Virus record (IMG/VR): IMGVR_UViG_3300025120_014869
Span: 14,261-78,260 of that record
From: a virus
Length of the DNA stretch: 64,000 nucleotides
Strand: one strand, 5' to 3'
Numbering within the stretch: position 1 is the stretch's first letter; each line of letters starts with the position of its first letter. Shown here in pieces: positions 8,741-18,963 of this stretch. The position numbers and the translations under genes were made by a program. The notes below the pieces were generated by a model that was not told where the DNA came from, ran no database searches, and saw nothing but the letters and a program-made list of their open reading frames with translations.

Positions 8741-9155
8741 TATAATACTGTTCCAGTAATTCTTTAGGTGGTCTACCTATTCTACAGTTTATAATACCAT
8801 TATAATAATTTTCATCCAATAATACATCTTTTTCAAATTGCATCTTTGATTCATAATAAGCTAATTCAAACTTATTATTACAAAACTTTAAAATTTTAAA
8901 AACAAATTTATCTAAACCTAATGTACCCATATCTATTTTCAAGGAATCGCTACTACCAACATAGGTTTTCCAATCACTTTCTTTATAGTCAATACGTTTA
9001 CGTTTTTTACCTTTAAGAGGTAAGCGTTTTATTTTACGCTTCATTTGTTTTTTACCTATATATTTTTTACCGTTAGTTATATTAACGATCTCATATATAA
9101 AGCCAAACGCTTCTTCAGGTACAGGGCCGTAAACTTTCCAGTGACCTGTATCCAT
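8721..9155 (-). CDS. GIY-YIG family endonuclease (short, stand-alone)
   Basis: GFIYEIVNITNGKKYIGKK...ESDWKTYVGSS...YYE...YYN. Confidence 0.8.
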   Translation of the reverse strand: MDTGHWKVYGPVPEEAFGFIYEIVNITNGKKYIGKKQMKRKIKRLPLKGKKRKRIDYKESDWKTYVGSSDSLKIDMGTLGLDKFVFKILKFCNNKFELAYYESKMQFEKDVLLDENYYNGIINCRIGRPPKELLEQYYNDNNDA

Positions 9156-9403
9156 TAAGATAAACCGTTGATGTAATTAGTAACTGCAGCTTGCACGTCT
9201 GAATAAGTCCAATCGCTGCCATAATTTGCATCACTTAATTCAGATAAATTTATAAAATTACCATCACTATTTAAAACAACTTGTATTTTTTTAATCCCTG
9301 GTGCATCTATTATTCTAGTTATAGATACTTCTGAGTAAGATTCAGTCACTGCAGGTTGAGTGGTAACTGTTTTTTCTGCTGATAAAGTCAATGTTAAGCT
9401 CAT
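9155..9403 (-). CDS. Hypothetical late protein
   Basis: TAAATA-N5-ATG; TAATG overlap with the next gene. Confidence 0.65.
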   Translation of the reverse strand: MSLTLTLSAEKTVTTQPAVTESYSEVSITRIIDAPGIKKIQVVLNSDGNFINLSELSDANYGSDWTYSDVQAAVTNYINGLS

Positions 9404-9411
9404 AATATTAT

Positions 9412-9663
9412 TTATTTACGTTTTTTACGTTTTCTACGTTTTTTTCCTGTAACACCTTTTCTTGTTTGAACTGCTCCTAAAGCAAAAGGTCTTCTAAAAT
9501 CACCTGGAGCATAAAAATCAGTATTAGATAATGTTTGAGGTTTAGAAATAGCATTAGCTCCTAATGCACCGCCTCCTACTGTATTTTCGTCTTCTTCTTT
9601 AGTTTTTTTCTTTTTATTTAAACTTTTTTTAAAAGCTTTTTCAAATAGAGTTGTTTTCTTCAC
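9412..9663 (-). CDS. Small protein with highly basic tail
   Basis: TATAAATA-N5-GTG; DFYAPGDFRRP; ends KKRRKRKKRK. Confidence 0.7.
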   Translation of the reverse strand: MKKTTLFEKAFKKSLNKKKKTKEEDENTVGGGALGANAISKPQTLSNTDFYAPGDFRRPFALGAVQTRKGVTGKKRRKRKKRK

Positions 9664-9684
9664 GTAAGTATTTATAATTATAAT

Positions 9685-10080
9685 GTGGATATTTTAGAAA
9701 AGTATATAAGTGAGATAGAAAAAGATTTAGAGATCAATGAATTTAATCTTAAAGATTCATCGATGAAAACTCCTGCTCGTAAACATTATTGGGTAAGTAA
9801 ACTTATCAATCATAAAAAAAATCTTATTAGGTTAAAAAAGGAAAAAGATAATTTAAAGAAAAATATAACATTTCAAATTATTGAGGAAAGTCCAATCAAA
9901 GTAACAACTCCAACTGCTGAAAGAGCTGCATTGAATCATGAAAAAATGATAACTATGTCAGAAAAAATAAAAGAGGAAGAATTGGTTATTGAATTTTTAG
10001 AAAAGACTGAAAAAACTTTTAGTGCTATTGGTTTTGATATAAAAAATATTATTGAAATTATGAAAATGGAACAATTATGA
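9685..10080 (+). CDS. uvsY: Recombination mediator UvsY
   Basis: DLEINE..L...SMKTP..KHYW...GFDIKNIIE; directly upstream of uvsW. Confidence 0.75.
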   Translation: MDILEKYISEIEKDLEINEFNLKDSSMKTPARKHYWVSKLINHKKNLIRLKKEKDNLKKNITFQIIEESPIKVTTPTAERAALNHEKMITMSEKIKEEELVIEFLEKTEKTFSAIGFDIKNIIEIMKMEQL

Positions 10081-11510
10081 TTGAGTTTAAATTAGATAAA
10101 AATAAAATTAAAGTTGTAACTTCTAATTTAGATGAAATAAGAGAGTATTTTAGTGTTAATGACGATACAGCAAGATTTAGATTTAAAGGTAGAGCAAGAT
10201 TTATAGTCTCGCCTAGAATATATTGTATAACACCAACAGGTTTATTTGAACCTGGAATGTTTTATGATGTTTTGACTTATATAAAAATGCAATATCCGAA
10301 TGAAGATATTATAGTTGATAATGATATAACTTCTTTAGTAAAGCCAGTTCTTAAAGATGTAAAATTGTATAATAATTTAAAGTATGAATTGAGAGATTAC
10401 CAACAAGAAGCTTGTAAAAATGCTATTGCATTTGGTAGAGGTATTCTTAAAATGGGTACCGGTGCTGGTAAAACTTTAACTATATGTTCTTTATTAATGA
10501 GTTTATATCTTCAAAAAAAAGAAAAGAAGGAATCATTTAAATGCTTATTAATTGTACCAGATTTAGGTCTTGTTAGTCAAACATATACTGATTTTGAGCA
10601 GTATAATGCGTTATTTAAATTTACTAAATGGACAGGAAAAAATAAACCAGATTTAACAGCAAATGTTATTATTGCTAATTTAGGTATATTACAAAGCCGT
10701 TTTATTGAAAATGATTGGTTGAAAGAAGTAGATGCTCTTGTTATAGATGAGTGTCATAAAGTTAAAAAATCAAATAAGATTAGTAAAATGGTACAGCAGA
10801 TAAAAACAGCACATAAATTCGGTTTAACTGGTACGTTACCTGATAATAAACCTGATGAATGGAATATTAAAGGTAAAATAGGAAAGGTAATTTATGATAA
10901 AGATAGCTATGAACTAAGACTAGAAAAGTATCTAACTACAGTAAACGTTAGTATTATAGATTTAAAATATAATGATAAGCCTTTATACGTTTCAGGTACT
11001 AATAATTTTAAAAATGAACTTGATTTTATATATACAAATGAATTTAGAAATAATTTAATAAAAGGTATGTGTAGTAAATTTGATAATAATTCTCTTATAT
11101 TAGTTAATCATTTAGCACATGGTGATGCGTTATATAATAAACTCTCAGAATGCGAAAATAAGCAAGTATTCTTTGTAAAAGGAGAAGTAGAAGTTGAGAC
11201 TAGAGATGAAATTAAAAAAATAATGGAAACTAATAATAATGTTATTTGTATAGCAATGAGTTCAATTTTTAGTACAGGTATTAATATTAAAAATATACAT
11301 ATGATTATGTTTGCATCTGGTGGTAAAAGTTTTATTAGAACAATTCAATCTATAGGTAGAGGTTTAAGATTACATGATAATAAAAATAAATTAGTAATAA
11401 TAGATTTAGCAGATCACTTAAAATATGGTGAAAGACATTCCCTTAAGAGAAAAGAAATATATAATCAAGAAAAAATAAATTATAAAATTACTGAAATAGT
11501 TGAAAAATAA
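10077..11510 (+). CDS. uvsW: SF2 DNA helicase UvsW
   Basis: LRDYQ, GTGAGKT, DECH, GLTGT, STGINI, QSIGRGLR. Confidence 0.92.
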   Translation: MIEFKLDKNKIKVVTSNLDEIREYFSVNDDTARFRFKGRARFIVSPRIYCITPTGLFEPGMFYDVLTYIKMQYPNEDIIVDNDITSLVKPVLKDVKLYNNLKYELRDYQQEACKNAIAFGRGILKMGTGAGKTLTICSLLMSLYLQKKEKKESFKCLLIVPDLGLVSQTYTDFEQYNALFKFTKWTGKNKPDLTANVIIANLGILQSRFIENDWLKEVDALVIDECHKVKKSNKISKMVQQIKTAHKFGLTGTLPDNKPDEWNIKGKIGKVIYDKDSYELRLEKYLTTVNVSIIDLKYNDKPLYVSGTNNFKNELDFIYTNEFRNNLIKGMCSKFDNNSLILVNHLAHGDALYNKLSECENKQVFFVKGEVEVETRDEIKKIMETNNNVICIAMSSIFSTGINIKNIHMIMFASGGKSFIRTIQSIGRGLRLHDNKNKLVIIDLADHLKYGERHSLKRKEIYNQEKINYKITEIVEK

Positions 11511-11532
11511 ATATTTTATTCTATAATTAGAT

Positions 11533-12012
11533 ATGGCTAATACTAAAAAAACTACCACGAAAAAAACTACTGGTAAAAGACGAGGACCTAAACCTAAAAA
11601 GACTGAATACTATGTTGATCCTCGAGATTTAAAAGCTGAACTAGTAGCTTATTATGATAGTGAAGATTGTTCTAGAGAACTTGCTGATATGATTCATAAA
11701 ATAGCCCATGGTTTAAGTTATTCATCTAATTTTATAAACTATACATATAGAGATGAAATGGTAGGAGACGCATTAGTAAAAATGTATACTGCAGTTACAA
11801 ATAAGAAATTTGATATAACGTCTGAATATAATCCATTTAGTTATTTTACTACTATTGCTTTTCATGCGTTTATTAACCGTATAAAGAAAGAAAAGAAACA
11901 TACTGAAACTTTAAACCAATATAAAGAAAAGGTTTATGAACAAGAAATGATCGACTCAACTGATGGCATGGTTTACGTTAAGCCGTTAAATGAAGACGAT
12001 AGTGATGAGTAG
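11533..12012 (+). CDS. gp55: Late transcription sigma factor gp55
   Basis: KIAHGLS...NFINYTYRDEMVGDA...NPFSYFTTIAFHAFINRIKKEKK. Confidence 0.92.
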   Translation: MANTKKTTTKKTTGKRRGPKPKKTEYYVDPRDLKAELVAYYDSEDCSRELADMIHKIAHGLSYSSNFINYTYRDEMVGDALVKMYTAVTNKKFDITSEYNPFSYFTTIAFHAFINRIKKEKKHTETLNQYKEKVYEQEMIDSTDGMVYVKPLNEDDSDE

Positions 12013-13051
12013 GGTAGCTATTTTTTCAGATCTTCATCTTGGTGTACATCAAAATAATGATTTTTGGTTAGGTATATCTAATAAATGGGTTGAATGGTAT
12101 ATTGGTAAACTGAAGGAAAATAATATTAGTGAGATTATTTTCTGTGGTGATTTCTTTCATTATAGAGATGAAATATCTGTTAAGACGTTAAATTTTGCAA
12201 AAGACTTATTAGATAAATTTAATGATTTTAAAATTACTATGATTACCGGTAATCATGATGCTTGGTATAAAGATACAAGTGAAATAAACAGTTTAAGTAT
12301 CTTTAAAGGATATAAAAATATTAAAATTTATGATAAACTTCAAACGGTCGATTTATATAATAACGACGTGACGTTTTGTCCTTGGGGTACTAAAATAGAT
12401 GATATACCAAAAAGTGATGTTTTATTTGGTCATTTTGAATTAGAAAATTTTAAAATGAATGCATTTAAAATATGTGATCATGGAGATGATCCTGAAGTAT
12501 TGATTAAAAAATGTTCTTTAATTTTTTCAGGGCATTTTCATAGAGAAGATACTAAAAATTTTAATAGTGGTGAGAGTAAAATAATTTATGTCGGCAACCC
12601 TTTTGAAATGGATTTTGGTGATATAGGTTCAAAGAAAGGGTTTTATATTTTTGATTTTAATGATAAAAAATTAGAATGGATAGATAATGATATTACACCT
12701 AAACATCATAAAATATTTTTATCTAAATTAATTAACTGTAAAAATATACATGTAGAAAATTTATTTGAAAAAATATTACCTGGTAATATAATAAAATTAA
12801 TTATTGATAAAAATATTAGTACTGAACATTTAGATATTCTTACAGCTAAATTTACATCGTGTAGACCTGTAGAATTAAGGATAGATTATGATATTAATTA
12901 TAATAAACTTAAAATAGAAAATGATATGGATTATGATCTATCAGGAGTTGATATCAATCATGCTATAGAAGAATTTATTAATTTGTTAGATATAGAAAAT
13001 AAAAGAGATGTTGTTAATTATACACAATCTTTATATGAAAAAGTTAAATGA
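12005..13051 (+). CDS. gp47: Recombination endonuclease subunit gp47 (Mre11/SbcD-like)
   Basis: SDLHLG, GDFFH, GNHD, GHFE, SGHFH; start reassigned to ATG 12005. Confidence 0.92.
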   Translation: MSRVAIFSDLHLGVHQNNDFWLGISNKWVEWYIGKLKENNISEIIFCGDFFHYRDEISVKTLNFAKDLLDKFNDFKITMITGNHDAWYKDTSEINSLSIFKGYKNIKIYDKLQTVDLYNNDVTFCPWGTKIDDIPKSDVLFGHFELENFKMNAFKICDHGDDPEVLIKKCSLIFSGHFHREDTKNFNSGESKIIYVGNPFEMDFGDIGSKKGFYIFDFNDKKLEWIDNDITPKHHKIFLSKLINCKNIHVENLFEKILPGNIIKLIIDKNISTEHLDILTAKFTSCRPVELRIDYDINYNKLKIENDMDYDLSGVDINHAIEEFINLLDIENKRDVVNYTQSLYEKVK

Positions 13052-14853
13052 AATACGTAAAATTTAAAGATTTAAAAATAAGGAATTTTTTATCAGTAGG
13101 TGAAGATGTCGTTAATATAGGTTTTGAAAAAGGCTTGCATATTGTAACCGGTATTAATAGAGATAAAGAAGATAGGAGAAACGGTGTCGGTAAGAGTACT
13201 GTAGCTGATGCTTTATATTTTGCTATATTTGGACAGACTTTAAGAGATTTAAAAAAGAATTTTATAGCTAATAATCTTACTGGTGGTACTTGTGAAGTAC
13301 AATTATCATTTACTGTTGACGATCCTAAGCACGGGGTTAATGAGTTTGATATAATTAGAACTTTAAACCCATCTAAGTGCTATGTATATAAAAACGGTAA
13401 TGATAAGACCAGAGATAGTATAACTAATACAAACGAATATATAGGTACAGTTTTATCTGCTACTCCTGAGATATTTCAAAATTGTGTTATAATGACTCTT
13501 AATAATCATATACCTTTTATGGCTAAGAATAAAACTGAAAAACGTAAGTTTATTGAGCAAATTTTTAACTTAGAGATATTTAGTAAAATGCTTTTTGAAT
13601 TAAGAAATGAGCATAATGAAGTTAAGAAAAATTTTGATATTGAAATAACTCGATTAGAAGAAACTAATAATTATTTAACTACTCAAAAAACGCATAGAGA
13701 CAATTTTAATAATGATCAAGAAAATAAAATAAAATCATTAAAAGATACTATTCAAGTTCATAAAAATGATTTAAAAGAAACGCAGGATAAACTCTCTGAT
13801 ATTGAAGCTTTAGATGATCAACCTTATAAAGATAAATTAGTAGAATTAGAAACTAAGTTAACTCAGAGTACTGGAGATAAAGAAGAAGCAAATCGTCAAT
13901 GTATTGAACAAACTCAAATTATAAAAACTAATGCTGAAAATCTTAAAAAATTAGGAACTGAAGAAGATACATGCCCTGTTTGTTTGAGACCTATTGAAGA
14001 GCATGATAAAGAAAAAATAGAAGAAGAAAAAGAGTATATTAGAAAGTTTTTAGTTGGGGAAAAGCAAGGAGTAGAAGCTTGTTTAAAGAAGATAGAAGAA
14101 TTAAATGGTGAAATAACTAAAATAAATTCAGCTATAAAAATGGTTAATAATAAAATTAATGATATAGGTAATAAAAAATATGGTATTGATCATATTAAAG
14201 ATTCGGTAGTTTATATTGAAAAATGTATTACGGAAATTGAAACTGAATTAGACGGAGTTAAAAATGAAAAGAATACATTTTCAAACGCAGTTAATGAATT
14301 ACAGCAAAAAGTAGATAATATTAAAAATGAAATTAGTAGTCTTAAGAAGGTAATTAATTTGATGGATGTTGTAAAGTTTGTAGTAAGTGAAGAAGGGGTA
14401 AAAAGTTTTATAGTTAAAAAAATATTATCTCATTTTAATAGTAAGTTAACTCACTTTCTTAAAAAACTAGATAGTAACTGCGTTTGTATGTTTAATGAAT
14501 ATTTTGAAGAAGAAATTGTCAATGAAAAAGGAAAAATAAGTCTATATAATAATTTTTCAGGAGCTGAAAGAAAAGCTATTGATTTAGCATGCTTATTTTC
14601 ATTTATGGATATGAGAAAAGCACAAGGTGATGTACATTATAATATTAGTTTTTATGATGAGTTATTTGATAGTAGTTTAGATGAAAAGGGAGTTGAGTTA
14701 GTTTTAGAAATTTTAAATGAAAGAGTAGATAAATTAAATGAATGCGTTATGGTGATAAGTCATAGAAAAGAGAGTATTAAATCTGCAACTGGTGATATTA
14801 TATTTTTAGAAAAACATAATGGCATTACTAAGAGAGTTAGTTTTATTGATTGA
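13048..14853 (+). CDS. gp46: Recombination ATPase gp46 (Rad50/SbcC-like)
   Basis: NGVGKST, CPVC zinc hook in coiled coil, FSGAE, DELFDSSLD, VISH. Confidence 0.93.
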   Translation: MKYVKFKDLKIRNFLSVGEDVVNIGFEKGLHIVTGINRDKEDRRNGVGKSTVADALYFAIFGQTLRDLKKNFIANNLTGGTCEVQLSFTVDDPKHGVNEFDIIRTLNPSKCYVYKNGNDKTRDSITNTNEYIGTVLSATPEIFQNCVIMTLNNHIPFMAKNKTEKRKFIEQIFNLEIFSKMLFELRNEHNEVKKNFDIEITRLEETNNYLTTQKTHRDNFNNDQENKIKSLKDTIQVHKNDLKETQDKLSDIEALDDQPYKDKLVELETKLTQSTGDKEEANRQCIEQTQIIKTNAENLKKLGTEEDTCPVCLRPIEEHDKEKIEEEKEYIRKFLVGEKQGVEACLKKIEELNGEITKINSAIKMVNNKINDIGNKKYGIDHIKDSVVYIEKCITEIETELDGVKNEKNTFSNAVNELQQKVDNIKNEISSLKKVINLMDVVKFVVSEEGVKSFIVKKILSHFNSKLTHFLKKLDSNCVCMFNEYFEEEIVNEKGKISLYNNFSGAERKAIDLACLFSFMDMRKAQGDVHYNISFYDELFDSSLDEKGVELVLEILNERVDKLNECVMVISHRKESIKSATGDIIFLEKHNGITKRVSFID

Positions 14854-14884
14854 TTTATATAAATAAGTTATTAAATTATAGAAT

Positions 14885-16120
14885 ATGATAGTAGGTAACC
14901 ATCCAATGAATCAATCGCCGTTTGCGGTTAAAACGCCCTTCCAAACTAATATTGCACCACAACAAATGCAATCAGGTCCTAAACAACCTCAAGCACCTGA
15001 ACAACCACCTGAAGCAGCTTTACCTCGCTTTTTAAATTATTATGCTGATTATTCAGGATGCGGTCATTGGAGAATGATATGGCCAGAGCAAGTAATGAAT
15101 GCGCATAGTAAAGCAGTGGTACATGGTTCTACAGTAATGAATGTAGACCCTCGATACTACGTCGATGTCAAAGGTGTGCGTATACAGAGACAAGCTACTC
15201 CACAGCAGTTAGAGTTTGTTAAATGGTTACGTCAAATAGCTGATAAAGAAGGTTTTAGATTAATTTATGAAATTGATGATATTTGTTTTTCTGAAGATAT
15301 TCCTGACTATAACAAATATAAAACTGCATTTACAGATCCAGCAATTAGAAAATCAGCTCAAGAAATGATGTCAATGTGTGATGAAATTACAGTAACATGC
15401 CCATTCATGAGAGATTATTATAAGGAAAAGACCGGTAATAAAAACGTTACAGTTATACCTAATTTTATGCCTAAATTTTGGATAGATAGATTTTACGATC
15501 ATAACCGTACGATGGAGAGTTTTGAGAAAAATAAAAGAAAACCAAGAATATTATATGCTGGTTCAGGAGCACATTTTGATGTAGAAAACAGAGTTAAACA
15601 GAGAGATGATTTTCATCATGTATTGCAAGTTATTGCAAATACTGTAGATGAATTTCAATGGGTATTTTTAGGTGCTTTTCCACTTTCATTAAGACCGTTA
15701 GTTGATGCAGGAAAGATTGAATTTCATCCATGGAGAAGATTATTTGAATATGGTAAGGGTATATATGATCTAAATGTTAATATGATGGTTGCTCCTTTGG
15801 AAGATAATATTTTTAATAGATCTAAGTCTGATTTAAAATATATTGAAGCAAGTGCTTTTGGTATACCTATTGCATGCCAAGATATGTGTACATATGAAAA
15901 TGCACCTATTAAATTTAAGACTGGTCATGAAATGGTTGATCAAATAAGAAAAACATTATCTGATAGAAAAAGATATAAAGCTTTATGTAGAAAAGGAAGA
16001 CAGTATGCAGAAACTAGATGGTTAGAAGATGACCGTAATATTGATTGTTATACTGAACTTTATCAATACGGAGTAGATGATCCTAGAAGAGTTAATCTTA
16101 ATAGATACAATTTAGATTAA
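14885..16120 (+). CDS. GT-B fold glycosyltransferase
   Basis: GCGHWRM.WP, YEIDD, VIPN, APLEDNIFNRSKSDLKYIEASAFGIP; Q/P-rich N-terminal extension. Confidence 0.8.
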   Translation: MIVGNHPMNQSPFAVKTPFQTNIAPQQMQSGPKQPQAPEQPPEAALPRFLNYYADYSGCGHWRMIWPEQVMNAHSKAVVHGSTVMNVDPRYYVDVKGVRIQRQATPQQLEFVKWLRQIADKEGFRLIYEIDDICFSEDIPDYNKYKTAFTDPAIRKSAQEMMSMCDEITVTCPFMRDYYKEKTGNKNVTVIPNFMPKFWIDRFYDHNRTMESFEKNKRKPRILYAGSGAHFDVENRVKQRDDFHHVLQVIANTVDEFQWVFLGAFPLSLRPLVDAGKIEFHPWRRLFEYGKGIYDLNVNMMVAPLEDNIFNRSKSDLKYIEASAFGIPIACQDMCTYENAPIKFKTGHEMVDQIRKTLSDRKRYKALCRKGRQYAETRWLEDDRNIDCYTELYQYGVDDPRRVNLNRYNLD

Positions 16121-16305
16121 ATCCCGGAACCGTATGACGTATCATCGTCTCCTAAATTAAACTCTCCTTGTGAGGGTTTTTTAGGTTTAGGAGCTATAAT
16201 AGGATTTTTCTTCTTTCTTTTACCAAGTATAGATGCAGCTTCTCTATAACCGACGTTATATTTTCTCATATATTTTTTTATTACTTGATCGAATCCTGGA
16301 GTCAT
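16117..16305 (-). CDS. Small basic hypothetical protein
   Basis: Likely start MTPGFDQ (ATG 16305), TATAAATA 8 nt upstream; 4-bp stop overlap with GT gene. Confidence 0.55.
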   Translation of the reverse strand: MTPGFDQVIKKYMRKYNVGYREAASILGKRKKKNPIIAPKPKKPSQGEFNLGDDDTSYGSGI

Positions 16306-16320
16306 ATATTGATTATTTAT

Positions 16321-16337
16321 AGGAACGTTCATATAAT
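16321..16337 (+). promoter_or_regulatory. AGGAAC-N5-TATAAT promoter for DNA polymerase
   Basis: aggaac-gttca-tataat, GTG 6 nt downstream. Confidence 0.65.
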
Positions 16338-16343
16338 TAATAA

Positions 16344-18899
16344 GTGAGTTACCGTAATATATATTATGATTCGAGAGAAAGATGTGTCCATTTGTTTACT
16401 TGGGATAAAGATGGTAAAAGAATTAAAGTTACCAATTCGTTTGACCCTTACTGCTATTTAGAAGGTAAAGGAGATGCTGAGTCTATATATGGTACTAAAT
16501 TAGTTAAGAAAATTTTCAATACTCAGTATGATAGATATAAGTATTTGAAAGATACTAATATAAAAAGAGTTTTTGAAAACTTACCTGCAACTCAACAGTA
16601 CTTAGTTGATACTTTTTGGAAAGAAAATGAGAAGCCTGAGTTTAGTAAAAACCCTATTAAAGTTTTATTTTTAGATATTGAGACTTATTCACCCGATGAG
16701 TTTCCTAAACCTGCTGACCCGACTCATACAGTTAATGTTATAACTTGTTTTGACTCATTAAACGGTAGATACACAACTTTTGGTTTAAAAGACTACGATA
16801 ATAAAGATGATGATGTAGTATATCATAAATGTGAGTCTGAAAGAGATTTATTTAAAAAGTTTGTAATGTATATTGAGAAGGATTATCCGGATATCATGAG
16901 TGGATGGAATTCTGAATTTTTTGATTTACCGTATATTTTGAATAGATGTACTAGAATACTTGGCGAAGAATGGACTAATAGATTATCTCCTTCTGGTAGA
17001 GTTTATAGCAGAACTATAAAAGGTATGTTTGGTGTAGAACAAGTTAGATGGTATATTGAAGGTATGTCGTTAATTGATTACTTAGATGTATATAAACGTT
17101 TTTCAGTCGGTGTTAAAGAAAGTTATAAGTTAGATAATATCGGTGCTACTGAGTTAGGAGAACAGAAAGTAGATTTTGGTAATATGAATCTTGCAACGCT
17201 ATCAGATAATGATTGGCAAACGTTTGTAGAATATAATATTCAAGACGTTAGACTGCTAGCTAAGTTAGAAGAAAAACTAAAGTATACTGAGCTTATTAAA
17301 ATGTTAGCTTATGTTGGTTTAACTACGTTTGAAGCTGCTCTAGGTTCATTATCGGTTATTAATGGGGCAACTGCAGTAAGGGCAAGATATCGTGATCAAA
17401 AGATTCCATCGTTTATACGAAATGAAGATACAGGTAAAAATCCTGGTGCCTATGTTGGTGAACCTTTGAAAGGATTTCAAGAAAATATTATATCTTTTGA
17501 TGCTAATTCTCTATATCCGAATGTGATGATATCTCTTAATATGTCTCCTGAAACTAAAGTAGCTAAAATAGAAGATAAAAATAATTCTGAGATAGTTTTA
17601 AGACATGTAAATGGTCAAGTGTTTAGTTTAAAGCATGATAAATTTTTAGAGTTCTGTAAAAAAGAGCAGATAGCTATTAGTAAAGCAAACGTTTTATTTA
17701 CTCAAAAACGTAAAGGGGTTATGCCTGAAATTTTAGACTATTATTATAATGAAAGAGTTAAAATTAAAAAAGAACTTGGTACTATAAAAAGAGAGTATTC
17801 TAAAACTAAAAACGATAAACTTAAATTTAAAATAGAACAACTTGATGCTAAGCAGTTGTGTATAAAAGTTTTTATTAATTCAATTTATGGTTATTTTGGT
17901 AATAAAAATGCACCGTTTGGGGATGATGATATTGCTTCATCAATTACTTTAACTGGTCAATCAGTTATTAAAAAATCTAATGATTTATTAAAAGAATATA
18001 TAAAACGAAAAACTAAAATAGAAGATGATAAAATCCTTAATCAATGTATTGTATATAACGATACTGATAGTAGTTATATTTCAGTTAAGCCTCTTATTAC
18101 AGCTGGTCTTTCGTTTACTGGTGATGACGGTAAATTAACTCAAGAGTTTTTTAATGAGGTACAAAATATTGAAGACTTCTTAAATGATGAAATTAAAGTA
18201 TGGGGTAGAAAAGCTCTAAATAGTAGAGATTGTAGATTCGTGTTTAAACGTGAGGTAATTGCAGATGTAGGTATCTTTCTACAAAAGAAAAGATACGTTC
18301 TTCACATATTAGATGATGAAGGTATACCTATGGATAAGTATAAGTATACCGGAGTAGAAGTAGTAAGAAGTACTATGCCTGATGCTATTAAACCTCATGT
18401 TAAAAATATTATTGAAACTATGCTTTCAACTCAAAATATTGGTGAGACTAATAAAGCATTAGATAACGTTTATAAAATTTTTAAAGATCTACCTGTGGAA
18501 GATATAACGTTTGTATCAGGTATTAAAGGTTATGAAAGATACGCAGGTCAATGCGATGGTTATAAAACTGCTAAAGGTATGCCTATTCACGTTAAAGCAG
18601 CATACTTCCATAATTTAATTTTAAAAAGACTTGGAGTTGAGAATAAGTATGAAACTATCAGTTCAGGTGATAAGGTAAGATACTTCTACGTAGAGCATCC
18701 TAACCCTTATAATTTATCATGCATTGCTTATAAGTATTACTACCCTGAAGAGTTTAAGAAAATATTTCATGCAGATTATGATAAGATGTTTGAAAAGATT
18801 CTATATAATGTAATTGAAAGATTTTATGATAACGTTAATTGGACTCCTCAGAAACCTGGTAGTGCAGTTCAGACTAATTTATTTGAACTCTTAAGTTAA
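16344..18899 (+). CDS. gp43: Family B DNA polymerase gp43
   Basis: Exo DIET, GWNSEFFDLPY, YNIQDV; pol SFDANSLYP, K..INSIYG, YNDTDS, KKRY. Confidence 0.96.
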   Translation: MSYRNIYYDSRERCVHLFTWDKDGKRIKVTNSFDPYCYLEGKGDAESIYGTKLVKKIFNTQYDRYKYLKDTNIKRVFENLPATQQYLVDTFWKENEKPEFSKNPIKVLFLDIETYSPDEFPKPADPTHTVNVITCFDSLNGRYTTFGLKDYDNKDDDVVYHKCESERDLFKKFVMYIEKDYPDIMSGWNSEFFDLPYILNRCTRILGEEWTNRLSPSGRVYSRTIKGMFGVEQVRWYIEGMSLIDYLDVYKRFSVGVKESYKLDNIGATELGEQKVDFGNMNLATLSDNDWQTFVEYNIQDVRLLAKLEEKLKYTELIKMLAYVGLTTFEAALGSLSVINGATAVRARYRDQKIPSFIRNEDTGKNPGAYVGEPLKGFQENIISFDANSLYPNVMISLNMSPETKVAKIEDKNNSEIVLRHVNGQVFSLKHDKFLEFCKKEQIAISKANVLFTQKRKGVMPEILDYYYNERVKIKKELGTIKREYSKTKNDKLKFKIEQLDAKQLCIKVFINSIYGYFGNKNAPFGDDDIASSITLTGQSVIKKSNDLLKEYIKRKTKIEDDKILNQCIVYNDTDSSYISVKPLITAGLSFTGDDGKLTQEFFNEVQNIEDFLNDEIKVWGRKALNSRDCRFVFKREVIADVGIFLQKKRYVLHILDDEGIPMDKYKYTGVEVVRSTMPDAIKPHVKNIIETMLSTQNIGETNKALDNVYKIFKDLPVEDITFVSGIKGYERYAGQCDGYKTAKGMPIHVKAAYFHNLILKRLGVENKYETISSGDKVRYFYVEHPNPYNLSCIAYKYYYPEEFKKIFHADYDKMFEKILYNVIERFYDNVNWTPQKPGSAVQTNLFELLS

Positions 18900-18963
18900 C
18901 ATCTTTTTAAGTAAGTATAAAGAAAATAGTTGAATTAAGTAATTAATAATATAAAATAATACT

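Noticed and set aside
8721-9155. Mobile homing endonuclease or intron
   Set aside because: Catalytic domain only, no DNA-binding extension, no interrupted gene or intron-sized non-coding flank
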